Shown here piece after piece: positions 1 through 8,445 of a stretch of 42,056 bases of DNA. The translations under genes and the position numbers were made by a program. Source of the stretch: an uncultured Verrucomicrobiota bacterium (GTDB lineage Bacteria; Verrucomicrobiota; Kiritimatiellia; Kiritimatiellales; Tichowtungiaceae). Position 1 is the first letter of the stretch, and the number at the start of each line of letters is the position of its first letter. Location: positions 1-42,056 of the forward strand of contig CAZTEK010000001.1 in assembly GCA_964612095.1 (NCBI GenBank), written 5' to 3'. Under the pieces are notes generated by a model. It ran no database searches and was not told the origin of the DNA. It saw only the letters and a program-made list of their open reading frames with translations.

Positions 1-157
1 ATGAAACTTCAACGGGAGGACATCCACCCCTTGCAGGACACCTGCCCTTATTTCCCATTCCAAGAATCCGGCTTTGGGGTAAAGTTCTCTAAGCAACTCT
101 CGACGCTTCTATCATCAAAGCGTATTCCGCACGTGCATTCATCTCCGCACCCATCAG

Positions 158-241
158 GCGGAGCGGACCGGATTTGAGGATCCGCTCTATTTTTCAAGAC
201 TCTACCGCAAGCATCGCGGATGCAGCCCTTCTGCGCAGCGG
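158..241 (+). pseudogene. AraC-family regulator C-terminal HTH remnant
   Basis: Frame +2 reads AERTGFEDPLYFSRLYRKHRGCSPSAQR, matching the AraC signature (A..xGF.D..YFSR.F+K..G.SP..yR). The upstream in-frame sequence is unrelated, with a stop at about 80-82. Confidence 0.75.
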
Positions 242-262
242 GGCTTGCCGGGGGCTGAACGG

Positions 263-2341
263 TCATTCCTCTATTTTGTGAACCGTGCCGTCATCCTCTT
301 CATTAATCTCAAGGCGGGCCAGTTTTTTGAATAGAAAGGTGACGTCGAAGATGCCTCCAACGGTGAACCAGATGGCGCTGCCGACGGAAACGACGCCCTG
401 AATGCCGAGCATGACGGTCCACCAGAAGGTCCATTCTTCGGAGGTCAGTGGGCGCACGGTCAGATTATAGATGGTGCCGAGGATAAACGTGAGACACCAG
501 CCGGTTGTCCAGAGCACCATGGTGATATAGATGATCTTGTCGCCGGTCGAAAATTCACGGGTAATGCCCATCATGCGCAGGAATCGCGGAATCGTTGCGG
601 TTTGTCTGGCTTGTGCTTCTTTGACTGCGGTGTCTTCCTCAACGGCGTATTTCCCGCGGTGAAGCAATTGATCCATGTTAAACGGCTGTTTGCAGGTGGC
701 CAGTGAAACGAGGATGTAGACCGCGTAGGAAATTAAAACGGCGAAGACCGCCATGTGGATGCCGTTGATGACGGTGTTGGTTCCGGGGAATGTGAGTCCC
801 GGCCAAATCTGTTTGAGGATAATGCTTCCCACTGAAATGGTACTGCCGGTGAGGAGTCCCGCCCAGGCGGCAGAGGTGGTGCCGCGTTTCCAGTAGAGTC
901 CGCCGATGATGGCACAGGAGGCTCCGCCGATGTAGATTGCTCCGGTGATTTCGAACCACATGTTGATGAAATCTTTCATCGTCCAGATCGAGCTGAAGAG
1001 GAAAGAAATGGCTCCAATCATGACGATGGCCCAGCGCAGGCAGTTCAGGTGTGTTTTGGTGGTAAACGGTTTTTTGCGGAAAGGCATGATGACGTCCTGA
1101 AGGAAAATGGAGCCCCAGGAATGGTAGGTGGAGTTGTCGGTGGAAACCGCCGAACCGATCATATAGATCGCAAACAGCCCGAGCAGACCCGGCGGCAGCA
1201 GGTGGCGAATGACAATCGGGACCAGCATTTGCGATTGCAGGTACGGGCTGTTGAGGGCTCCGGTGCTTGCGGCGATCTGCGACTGAATGGCCGTATAAGC
1301 CGGGTTCCAGATCACCACATACGCGGCGATGGAAAAGGCGACGATACTGAGGGTCAGCAGCAGCCAGCGCCAGCTTCCGAGGATATTGCCCATTCTGGCT
1401 TCGTGCGGGCTTTTTGCTGCGGTCATGAACCCGGCTCCGCCCTGCCAGACGCCGGTTTTGGCGATATAAAGCAGAGTCATCATAATGAAGAAGGAGGGGC
1501 CGAAGTCCGGCAGGCCGCCTTGCTTGAACGGGTTCATCATCGATACGCCCTCCGGACGGGTGAGTCCGGCGACCAGATCAGGGTAGTTCCCGCTTGTCGG
1601 CACAGCGGCGGCGACGGCCTGTTTAAACCATTCCGGGCCGGCGGTTCCGGCGGCGGAAATAGTTTCCGAACGGAGCAGAGTGGTCATGATGTTGTCCCAG
1701 CCGAAAAAATCGAGGATGAACCACATGCAGGCGATCCCGGCGATACTGGCGATCACTCCCTGATAAAAACTGGTGACCATGATGGTATTCTGTCCGCCTG
1801 CGACCGCCAGGAGAATGCCGGTGCCGATCATGATGAGCATGACGGTGTGATAGGTGGGCAGTGTGAGGCCGAGTAATTCATACTGCGCGGGTAACCCGAG
1901 GAAATAGATCAGGAAGTTGGCGGTGACCATCGGGAAGACGGCGCAGTTAAGCACGCCGGAGAAAAAGGAGACGAGACCGGAAAACACCCGGAAATTCCGG
2001 CTGTAGCGCATTTCGAGGAACTGCGCCATGGTGAGGGCCCGGGTCTGACGATAGCGATAGGCCACCCAGCCGGACAGGGCGATGATAATACCGACGGGCA
2101 TGAGCAACATCCCCCACCACATGCCTCCGATCCCGTTGCGGTAATAGCTTTCAAACTGGCCGATGTTTCCGATGGCAGAGAGAAAGGTCATACTCATCGC
2201 AATCGTCAGCAGATAGCGGCCCGCCAGACGTTCGGAAGAGAGAAATCCTGCAACCGACTTGGTCATGCGGTTGGTGAAAAAAGCGATGATTCCCAGCACT
2301 GCGGCAAAGCCGGCCACAATCCACCAGTCGAGTGACGTCAT
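263..2341 (-). CDS. Sodium:solute symporter (SSS family), probable sugar/oligosaccharide importer
   Basis: 692 aa with many hydrophobic helices. It has N-terminal LDWWIV, SVAGFL..R, T(M)AQFLEMRYS, LPPGLLGL and GLYWKRGT..AAWAG motifs typical of SSS proteins. Confidence 0.9.
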   Translation of the reverse strand: MTSLDWWIVAGFAAVLGIIAFFTNRMTKSVAGFLSSERLAGRYLLTIAMSMTFLSAIGNIGQFESYYRNGIGGMWWGMLLMPVGIIIALSGWVAYRYRQTRALTMAQFLEMRYSRNFRVFSGLVSFFSGVLNCAVFPMVTANFLIYFLGLPAQYELLGLTLPTYHTVMLIMIGTGILLAVAGGQNTIMVTSFYQGVIASIAGIACMWFILDFFGWDNIMTTLLRSETISAAGTAGPEWFKQAVAAAVPTSGNYPDLVAGLTRPEGVSMMNPFKQGGLPDFGPSFFIMMTLLYIAKTGVWQGGAGFMTAAKSPHEARMGNILGSWRWLLLTLSIVAFSIAAYVVIWNPAYTAIQSQIAASTGALNSPYLQSQMLVPIVIRHLLPPGLLGLFAIYMIGSAVSTDNSTYHSWGSIFLQDVIMPFRKKPFTTKTHLNCLRWAIVMIGAISFLFSSIWTMKDFINMWFEITGAIYIGGASCAIIGGLYWKRGTTSAAWAGLLTGSTISVGSIILKQIWPGLTFPGTNTVINGIHMAVFAVLISYAVYILVSLATCKQPFNMDQLLHRGKYAVEEDTAVKEAQARQTATIPRFLRMMGITREFSTGDKIIYITMVLWTTGWCLTFILGTIYNLTVRPLTSEEWTFWWTVMLGIQGVVSVGSAIWFTVGGIFDVTFLFKKLARLEINEEDDGTVHKIEE

Positions 2342-2359
2342 GATTTAATTTCCTTCCGG

Positions 2360-3382
2360 TTATCCGATTTTTAAAATGGCGGCGGTTGACGTATTATACG
2401 TTCCGCCCTGAAGTGCGACAAAAAGATACTCCGGTTTTCCGTTGCGCATCAGTAGCTGGGGCCGTTCCAGACGGCCCTCGCGGTCCAGCCCGTTGGGCGG
2501 CTCCGGAAAATACCTGCTCCCCTCATAAAAGGCGACTGTCGGTTGGTCCCAGCGGATTCCGTCGTCCGATTCAAACAGCAGGCCGTATGTGTGATTCCAA
2601 TAGCCCATGTCACGCATAATCATTTTGAAGGTACCGTCTTCGACCCAGATATAGGCATCTTCGCTTTGCGCGTTTTCACCCAGATGACGGAGGTCGATGA
2701 TCGGGCTGTCGCCGACTTTTTCCCACGGACCTTCCAGCGATTTTGCTGTGGCGAGGCCGTATTGACGATTTGTGAATTTGCCAACCTCTGCGGTGGCGGC
2801 TTTCAGACCGTTGGCAATATCTTTTTCCCAGTCGTTGATGCGCCACGATTTGTAATACAGCCAGAACTCGCCGTTCGGATGCCGGACGAACGCCGGATTG
2901 GTGGTGCACATCGAATTCCACGCGGTCGGATCGGGATCGGGCTCAATAATCGGACGGTCCGTCCGCTTCCACGGACCGTAGAGCGAATTGGACACCGCCA
3001 TGCCGGTGCGCTTGGTATATGCGGTTCCGTCTGAGGTTCCCATGTAAAACAGGACGTACTGATCGCCGACTTTGTGAATAGTGGGATTGTGGCAGGTTGT
3101 TGCGTCCCACCAGGTGCCGCCGCGCGGCGTGATCGCCACGTCAACGGTTTCATACGGACCTTCCGGCCGGTCGGCCACCGCGTGGGCGATTTCGCAGCAG
3201 GTGATCCAGCCGCTGTGTCCGGCCTCATTTTTCCAGCGGGAGTAAAAGAGATGCACCTTGCCGTCGGGAGCGTAAATCGGCGAGCAGCACCAGACGTTGT
3301 AATCGGACAGTTCAAGAATGCGGCCGACCGGCCTCAAGCGGGTGGAAAATTCTGATGCGACAGGGGTCGTTTTGCGGATCAT
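2360..3382 (-). CDS. Cytoplasmic five-bladed beta-propeller glycoside hydrolase (GH43/GH117/GH130 clan-like), paralogue A
   Basis: Motifs WCCSPI, HLFYSRW, IAHAVADRPEGPY, HNPTI, GPW, NPA, EDAYIW, ERPQL; no signal peptide. Confidence 0.8.
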   Translation of the reverse strand: MIRKTTPVASEFSTRLRPVGRILELSDYNVWCCSPIYAPDGKVHLFYSRWKNEAGHSGWITCCEIAHAVADRPEGPYETVDVAITPRGGTWWDATTCHNPTIHKVGDQYVLFYMGTSDGTAYTKRTGMAVSNSLYGPWKRTDRPIIEPDPDPTAWNSMCTTNPAFVRHPNGEFWLYYKSWRINDWEKDIANGLKAATAEVGKFTNRQYGLATAKSLEGPWEKVGDSPIIDLRHLGENAQSEDAYIWVEDGTFKMIMRDMGYWNHTYGLLFESDDGIRWDQPTVAFYEGSRYFPEPPNGLDREGRLERPQLLMRNGKPEYLFVALQGGTYNTSTAAILKIG

Positions 3383-3393
3383 AGTGTCTCTTA

Positions 3394-5883
3394 TTATAAA
3401 ATTCCGTCGACGGGATTTGTCTGTGTCTGAATGGAGTGGATCGGGACGAGAATTCCGGGAATTGCAGGGAGCGGGCCTTCGGGGGCCGTTGTATTCAGGC
3501 GGACGGAGCCAGGCGGCAGTTCGTCAGATTCTGCAAGAAGAATCAGTTCGCCCGGAGCAGTCCCGCTTTGGACAAGCACCTGGCACAGACCGTGGAATGC
3601 GCGGCACTGCGGGGCCTTCGGGGCCTCATGGCTGACGGGATTGCCGTTGCCGGTGCCGAGGATTTTTCCAGGGCCTGACAGCGAGAACCGGATGAACGGT
3701 TCAGCATCCGGAACGGTACGGCCTTCACGGTCGGTGACGCGCACATTGCAGACGGCGGTATCGCGGCTGTCTGCTGCGAGCTGATTGCGATGCGGCGTGA
3801 TTTCCAAAGCGGCGGGGGACCCGGCGGTTTCCTGAGAGGCCCGCAGGATTTCTTTTCCGTCAGCGGCAAATCCGATGGCCTCGAGACATCCCGGCTCATA
3901 GGGAACGGTCGCTTCAAAAAAACTATATTTCCCGATCTTTTTGCGACCGATGGAATGACCGTTGAGAAGCAACTCGACTTCTGCGCAGTTGGTATACGCC
4001 CTGACTTGAATCGGGGCTCCTTCCCGACCGATCCATGTCCAGTGCGGAAACAGGTGCAGCATTGGCTCGGGGTTCCACTGGCTTTTATAATAGAACCAGG
4101 CGTCTTTTGGGAAGCCGCACAGATCCATCAGTCCGAAACGGGTGACCACCGCCGGCCAGCCATAGGGATAGGTTTCTCCGCGATAATCGAATCCGGTCCA
4201 GAGAAAGGTTCCGGCCAGAAAATCCCGTTCCGCGCAGTGTTTCCAGACCTCTGCCATCGGGGATCCCCAAGGGGTTAATGCATTGTTATAAGCGCTGATG
4301 ACTCCTTTAAGATGATTGTCTGCCCAGACAACGCCGTCGCGACCGAAGTCGTGCAACGCCAGCGGACGGCCCTCGTAATATTCCGTTTCATAGAGGCCGC
4401 GCGTGCCGGCGGAGCCGCCGCTTTCGCTCGCGATCAGCGGGATATCGGGGTGTTTGCGGTGGAACTCATCGTAGAGCCGTTCGTCGACACCGTGGTCGGT
4501 ATAGAGATAATTCGCGCCGAAGACATCCAGGCGGAAGCCGGCCTTTTGATAGGCATCTGCGATATCAACCCAGTGGCAGTTCATGGCATACGTGGCGGGA
4601 CGGGAGGGATCGAGGCGGTGCACCAGATCCTGCATGCGTCTCAATTGGCGGATGCCGATGTCGGTGTGCTGAATATTCATCTCTTCATTGCCGATCGACC
4701 AGAGAATGACACAGGGGTGATTGCGGTCGCGACGGATGAGGTCTTCGAGCTGTCCAAGAATTTCGGGCGAGGAACCGGTAAGGCGGGTTTCGTCCAGCAC
4801 CAGAATGCCCAGTCGGTCGCAAATATCCAGCAGGGCGGGAGAAGGGGGATTATGTGCAACCCGCAGCGCGTTGGCCCCCATGGCTTTCATCCGTCGCATG
4901 CGCCATTCCAGGACACTCTCCGGAATGGCCGTTCCGGTGCCGGCGTGGTCCTGATGGTTGCAGACCCCCCGCAGCTTCAGCGGCCGGCCGTTCAGAAAAA
5001 ATCCCTTTTGCGCATCGAAGCAAATGTTGCGGATGCCGAAGGGAGTTACGGTTTCGTCCAGAACGGTCCCCCCGGCGATCAACGTCGTTTTGAGTGAATA
5101 AAGATACGGATGTTCTGTATCCCAGAGAACCGGAGTCAACGGACCGGTGGTTTGGGGCAGGATAGCGGCGGCTCCGGCGGCAACGGACAGCGGTCCGGCA
5201 ATGCAAAGCACCTCGTTTCCCTCTGCATCCAGCACGGCGGACTGAACGGTACATTCAACCGGGATGAAGCGGTCGTTGCGCACGGTTGTTTCAATCGTCA
5301 GTCCGGTTGCGTCGCCGCGGACAAAAACCCCGCACCAGTCCACATGAACTGGATCGGTTTGGATCATGCGCACATCGCGGTAGATTCCGCCGCCCTCATA
5401 GGACCAGAGTTCAGAAAGGCGGGCATCGGCCCGGACCGCGAGGGTGTTGAAGCCGCCGAAGTTGCAACAATCGGTGATATCGCAGCAAAAGCCAGTGTAT
5501 CCGCTCAAGTGTCGCGTGGCGAAGTGGCCGTTAATCCAGACGCTGGAATCACGGAACACGCCGTCAAACTCGATTTGGATACGGGAACCGGCGGCTTCTG
5601 CCGGCAACTCGAATGTTTTTCGGTACCATGCCGTACCTTTCTGCATGGAGCCGTGGGAGACTTCTGACTCAGGGGTGAAGGGGTTTTCCTGGATAAAATC
5701 GTGGGGAAGATCGACGACCTGCCAGTTTTGATCCGGATAACCCGGTTTCGAGAGGCCGTGATTGCCGGCCTTGATCCACTCGGGGGCTTTAAAATAAGCC
5801 CGGTGGATCGATTCAAAATTGCGCTCCTCCGGGTCTTCCTGGATAAAACGCCACCCCTGATTCATCAAAAACGTTTTACGCAT
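3394..5883 (-). CDS. GH2 beta-galactosidase (cytoplasmic)
   Basis: VDLPHD, WYRKTF, FDGV, GGIYRDV, GVCNHQDH, RDRNHP, WSIGNE (acid/base), ASE (nucleophile), WTGFDYRGE; no signal peptide. Confidence 0.93.
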   Translation of the reverse strand: MRKTFLMNQGWRFIQEDPEERNFESIHRAYFKAPEWIKAGNHGLSKPGYPDQNWQVVDLPHDFIQENPFTPESEVSHGSMQKGTAWYRKTFELPAEAAGSRIQIEFDGVFRDSSVWINGHFATRHLSGYTGFCCDITDCCNFGGFNTLAVRADARLSELWSYEGGGIYRDVRMIQTDPVHVDWCGVFVRGDATGLTIETTVRNDRFIPVECTVQSAVLDAEGNEVLCIAGPLSVAAGAAAILPQTTGPLTPVLWDTEHPYLYSLKTTLIAGGTVLDETVTPFGIRNICFDAQKGFFLNGRPLKLRGVCNHQDHAGTGTAIPESVLEWRMRRMKAMGANALRVAHNPPSPALLDICDRLGILVLDETRLTGSSPEILGQLEDLIRRDRNHPCVILWSIGNEEMNIQHTDIGIRQLRRMQDLVHRLDPSRPATYAMNCHWVDIADAYQKAGFRLDVFGANYLYTDHGVDERLYDEFHRKHPDIPLIASESGGSAGTRGLYETEYYEGRPLALHDFGRDGVVWADNHLKGVISAYNNALTPWGSPMAEVWKHCAERDFLAGTFLWTGFDYRGETYPYGWPAVVTRFGLMDLCGFPKDAWFYYKSQWNPEPMLHLFPHWTWIGREGAPIQVRAYTNCAEVELLLNGHSIGRKKIGKYSFFEATVPYEPGCLEAIGFAADGKEILRASQETAGSPAALEITPHRNQLAADSRDTAVCNVRVTDREGRTVPDAEPFIRFSLSGPGKILGTGNGNPVSHEAPKAPQCRAFHGLCQVLVQSGTAPGELILLAESDELPPGSVRLNTTAPEGPLPAIPGILVPIHSIQTQTNPVDGIL

Positions 5884-5941
5884 CGTTGATCTGCCGGTTA
5901 TTAATGGGAATGGATAACATCATTATCAAAAAATCAGGTTG

Positions 5942-5970
5942 AATATCTTGAAAAAAAGCCTATAAGTCAA
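5942..5970 (-). promoter_or_regulatory. Putative sigma70 promoter for the leftward GH2-GH-SSS operon
   Basis: Minus strand reads TTGACT-17 nt-GATATT in the AT-rich divergent intergenic region. Confidence 0.5.
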
Positions 5971-5972
5971 AA

Positions 5973-5986
5973 TGTTTTCGTTAACA
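5973..5986. promoter_or_regulatory. LacI-type operator, site 1
   Basis: TGTTTTCGTTAACA, 12/14 match to the palindrome TGTTAACGTTAACA; lies between the divergent genes. Confidence 0.75.
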
Positions 5987-6016
5987 AATCACTGGAAATG
6001 ACGTGAGGTTTTTACT

Positions 6017-7066
6017 ATGAGGGATTGTGAGTTGGCAGACCGGGGCGTTGTGCGGCAAAAAAATGTTCCGTGTCCGGAGGAGGCCGTTTCGGGTTTTTGT
6101 GAACGGCTCAACGGGGTGGGGCGGATTTTGGAATTGCCGGACTATAATGTCTGGTGCTGCTCCCCGATTTACGCTCCCGACGGCAAGGTGCATGTCTTTT
6201 ATTCCCGCTGGAAAAACGAGGCGGGGCACAGCGGATGGCTGACCTGTTGTGAAATTGCTCATGCTGTAGCTAGCCGGCCGGAAGGGCCGTACGAAACCGT
6301 CGACGTGGCGCTCGCTCCGCGCGGCGGTGCGTGGTGGGATTCCGGCAGCTGTCATAATCCGACCGTCCACAAGGTCGGCGATCAATTTGTTCTTTTCTAT
6401 TTGGGGGTCTCCGACGGCACGGTGTACACCAAGCGCACCGGCATGGCGGTTTCCGATTCGCTCTACGGTCCGTGGAGACGGTCTGAGCGGCCAATCATAG
6501 AACCGGATCCCGACCCGGCGGCATGGAACTCCATGTGCACAACCAATCCGGCCTTTGTGCAGCATCCGAACGGCGAGCTGTGGCTTTATTATAAAACCTG
6601 GTCCATTGCAGACTGGGAGTATGATCTGGTGCACGGCAACGGAATCCGCACCAACCGGCAGTATGGTCTGGCCGTTGCAAAAACACTGGACGGGCCCTGG
6701 ATCAAGCAGGGGGACGGTCCGGTTATGGATCTCCGCTGTCCGGGGAAAAACGCGCAGAGCGAAGATGCCTATATCTGGATCGAGGATGACACGTTTAAGA
6801 TGATCATGCGCGACATGGGCTTCTGGAATCATCACTACGGGCTCTATTTTGAGTCGGAGGACGGGTTGCGCTGGTCCGATCCTCAGGTGGGTTTTTGGAA
6901 TTCCCATCGTTATTTCAATGAATCGCCGAACGGGCTGGACCGGGAGGGCCGCTTCGAGCGTCCGCAACTGCTGATGCGCAACGGGAAGCCGGAGTATCTT
7001 TTCGTCGCCTTTCAAGGCGGGAAATACAACACCTCGACCGCGGCTGTGCTGAAGATCGATGGATAA
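6017..7066 (+). CDS. Cytoplasmic five-bladed beta-propeller glycoside hydrolase, paralogue B
   Basis: Aligns end-to-end with 2360..3382 with long identical stretches; GAGG RBS upstream. Confidence 0.82.
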   Translation: MRDCELADRGVVRQKNVPCPEEAVSGFCERLNGVGRILELPDYNVWCCSPIYAPDGKVHVFYSRWKNEAGHSGWLTCCEIAHAVASRPEGPYETVDVALAPRGGAWWDSGSCHNPTVHKVGDQFVLFYLGVSDGTVYTKRTGMAVSDSLYGPWRRSERPIIEPDPDPAAWNSMCTTNPAFVQHPNGELWLYYKTWSIADWEYDLVHGNGIRTNRQYGLAVAKTLDGPWIKQGDGPVMDLRCPGKNAQSEDAYIWIEDDTFKMIMRDMGFWNHHYGLYFESEDGLRWSDPQVGFWNSHRYFNESPNGLDREGRFERPQLLMRNGKPEYLFVAFQGGKYNTSTAAVLKIDG

Positions 7067-7160
7067 AAAATCGGGTTTCAGTGTAAGATAGATTTTTTGT
7101 GCTGTAAAAGCGCCCTAAATTAATTTTTTGGCGTATATATGAGCCTCTCAAAAAGAAGTT

Positions 7161-7312
7161 TATCCGCAGATGATCGCAGATTTTCGCAGATGAGATTTAC
7201 CATTCGGGCTTCCCTGGGTATTTTCCGCCCCGGCGGATCTGCCGAAGGCATGATGGTTTTTCGTTCATTCGTCATTTGGTTGCGGCTTTGCCGCCTTGGT
7301 TTCATCCTTTCA
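7161..7312. repeat. Cluster of short tandem repeats and REP-like mini-hairpins
   Basis: CGCAGAT x3 at a 10-bp period (7165, 7175, 7185). Hairpins TCCGCC-CC-GGCGGA (7224-7237), TGCC-GAA-GGCA (7240-7250) and GCGGC-TTT-GCCGC (7282-7294). Confidence 0.6.
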
Positions 7313-7322
7313 ATTCCTCTGC

Positions 7323-7336
7323 TGTTTATGTTAACA
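7323..7336. promoter_or_regulatory. LacI-type operator, site 2 (autoregulatory)
   Basis: TGTTTATGTTAACA, 12/14, immediately upstream of the LacI start codon. Confidence 0.7.
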
Positions 7337-7343
7337 AGTGGAT

Positions 7344-8372
7344 ATGAAAAAACAGGTGACGATCCGGGATGTGGCAGAGAAGACAGGATATTCCTTCCAG
7401 ACAGTGAGCCGCGTGCTCAATGGCAACGCCGGGTTGCATAAGGCCTCCACCGTGCGAAAAATAGAGAAGGTCGCTTCCGAGCTGGGGTATGTTCAGAATC
7501 TGTATGCCAAGGTGATGCAGGGAGGACGGACCTGGTCGGTCGGAATGATTATTGACCCGTTCTCCGACAGCTTTACCAAAGATATTTTCTCCGGGGCTCA
7601 CGACGAGCTGATGAAACGCGGGTATCTGCCGATTCTTCTGCTGCACAGTCGGGATGCCCACGACGAGGAGCTGGTCAAAAAGCTGGCCGCCCGGCGGGTG
7701 GAGGGGCTGATTCTCCGTCCGAATCCCAATCCCGAAGAGTGCCGGGAGATTGCAACTGCTGTCGAACAGTATCATATGCCGGTGGTCAGTGTGGATTATG
7801 CGCTCACGTCCTCACGAAAATGCGACTTTGCCGGCACGGCTGACGAGCATGGCGGTCAGATGGCGGCAGAGCATCTTCTGGATCTCGGACACCGCCGGCT
7901 GGCGGGACTGTTTACTCCGGTCGAAAGTCTCACGCTCCGCCGCAAGGGGTTTGAAGACGTTGTGTCGAAGCGAACGGACATTGCGCCACCGGTTATCCTG
8001 ACGGACTGGGAGATCGGTGAAGAGGAACCTTCTTATGTTATAATCATGCAGTTGCTGGATCAAAAGGATGCTCCGACCGCTATTTTTGCCGGGGGTGACT
8101 TTATGCTGCCCTCTATTTATCGTGCGGCCAAGGATTTAGGTCTACGGATTCCCGAGGATCTGTCGGTGATAGGCTTCGGGGATGTCGATTTTGCCCGGCA
8201 TTTGGTTCCTGCGGCGACGACGCTGAAGCAGGATGCCTATGAAATCGGGGTGCAGGCCGCGCAACTCGTGATGGACCGGATTGAAAACCCGGAACGGAAT
8301 ACGGCCGTTCGCCAATTGCGGTTTGAACCCCGCTTGCTGGAACGCGCGTCGACAGCCCCTGTAAAAAAGTAA
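7344..8372 (+). CDS. LacI-family transcriptional regulator
   Basis: N-terminal HTH TIRDVAEKTGYSFQTVSRVLNG, HLLDLGHRR and GLRIPEDLSVIGFGD in the sugar-binding domain. Start ATG 7344, alternative GTG 7338. Confidence 0.95.
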   Translation: MKKQVTIRDVAEKTGYSFQTVSRVLNGNAGLHKASTVRKIEKVASELGYVQNLYAKVMQGGRTWSVGMIIDPFSDSFTKDIFSGAHDELMKRGYLPILLLHSRDAHDEELVKKLAARRVEGLILRPNPNPEECREIATAVEQYHMPVVSVDYALTSSRKCDFAGTADEHGGQMAAEHLLDLGHRRLAGLFTPVESLTLRRKGFEDVVSKRTDIAPPVILTDWEIGEEEPSYVIIMQLLDQKDAPTAIFAGGDFMLPSIYRAAKDLGLRIPEDLSVIGFGDVDFARHLVPAATTLKQDAYEIGVQAAQLVMDRIENPERNTAVRQLRFEPRLLERASTAPVKK

Positions 8373-8382
8373 AGAACCGGCC

Positions 8383-8411
8383 TTGACGCTTATTTCACCG
8401 TTGAGTAAGGT
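8383..8411 (+). promoter_or_regulatory. Putative sigma70 promoter of the long secreted-enzyme operon
   Basis: TTGACG-17 nt-TAAGGT, followed by operator site 3 and a GGAG RBS. Confidence 0.6.
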
Positions 8412-8417
8412 TTTTAA

Positions 8418-8431
8418 TGTTATCGTTCTCA
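8418..8431. promoter_or_regulatory. LacI-type operator, site 3
   Basis: TGTTATCGTTCTCA, 11/14, at the predicted transcription start. Confidence 0.7.
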
Positions 8432-8445
8432 TCAAATGGAGTTTC

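Noticed and set aside
48-266. 72-aa minus-strand ORF
   Set aside because: No recognisable motif; it is antisense to the AraC remnant and spans the junction.
5909-5928. GATAACATCATTATC, Fur-box-like or secondary operator
   Set aside because: Only 12/19 to the Fur consensus and 8/14 to the local operator; no iron-related genes nearby.
5981-7015. 344-aa antisense ORF (and similar long antisense ORFs at 1049, 9244, 11196, 14961, 20927, 25608, 27316, 28905)
   Set aside because: Shadow frames of well-supported genes in GC-rich DNA; no motifs or RBS context.
2360-7066. Inverted glycosidase paralogues as arms of an invertible segment
   Set aside because: No recombinase is present, and the divergence is spread throughout, consistent with old paralogy; homologous inversion cannot be shown from one sequence.
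7165-7191. Possible CRISPR or iteron array
   Set aside because: Only three 7-bp units, no spacers, no cas or rep genes.
7139-7441. 100-aa ORF overlapping the lacI start, and the 61-aa antisense ORF 7120..7305
   Set aside because: Translations of the repeat/hairpin cluster; no protein-like features.
8383-8445. Longer ORF-track starts (8383, 22867, 24603, 25434, 31829, 37931, 39583)
   Set aside because: Downstream ATGs give proper signal peptides and usually an RBS; the extensions overlap promoters, operators or upstream genes.
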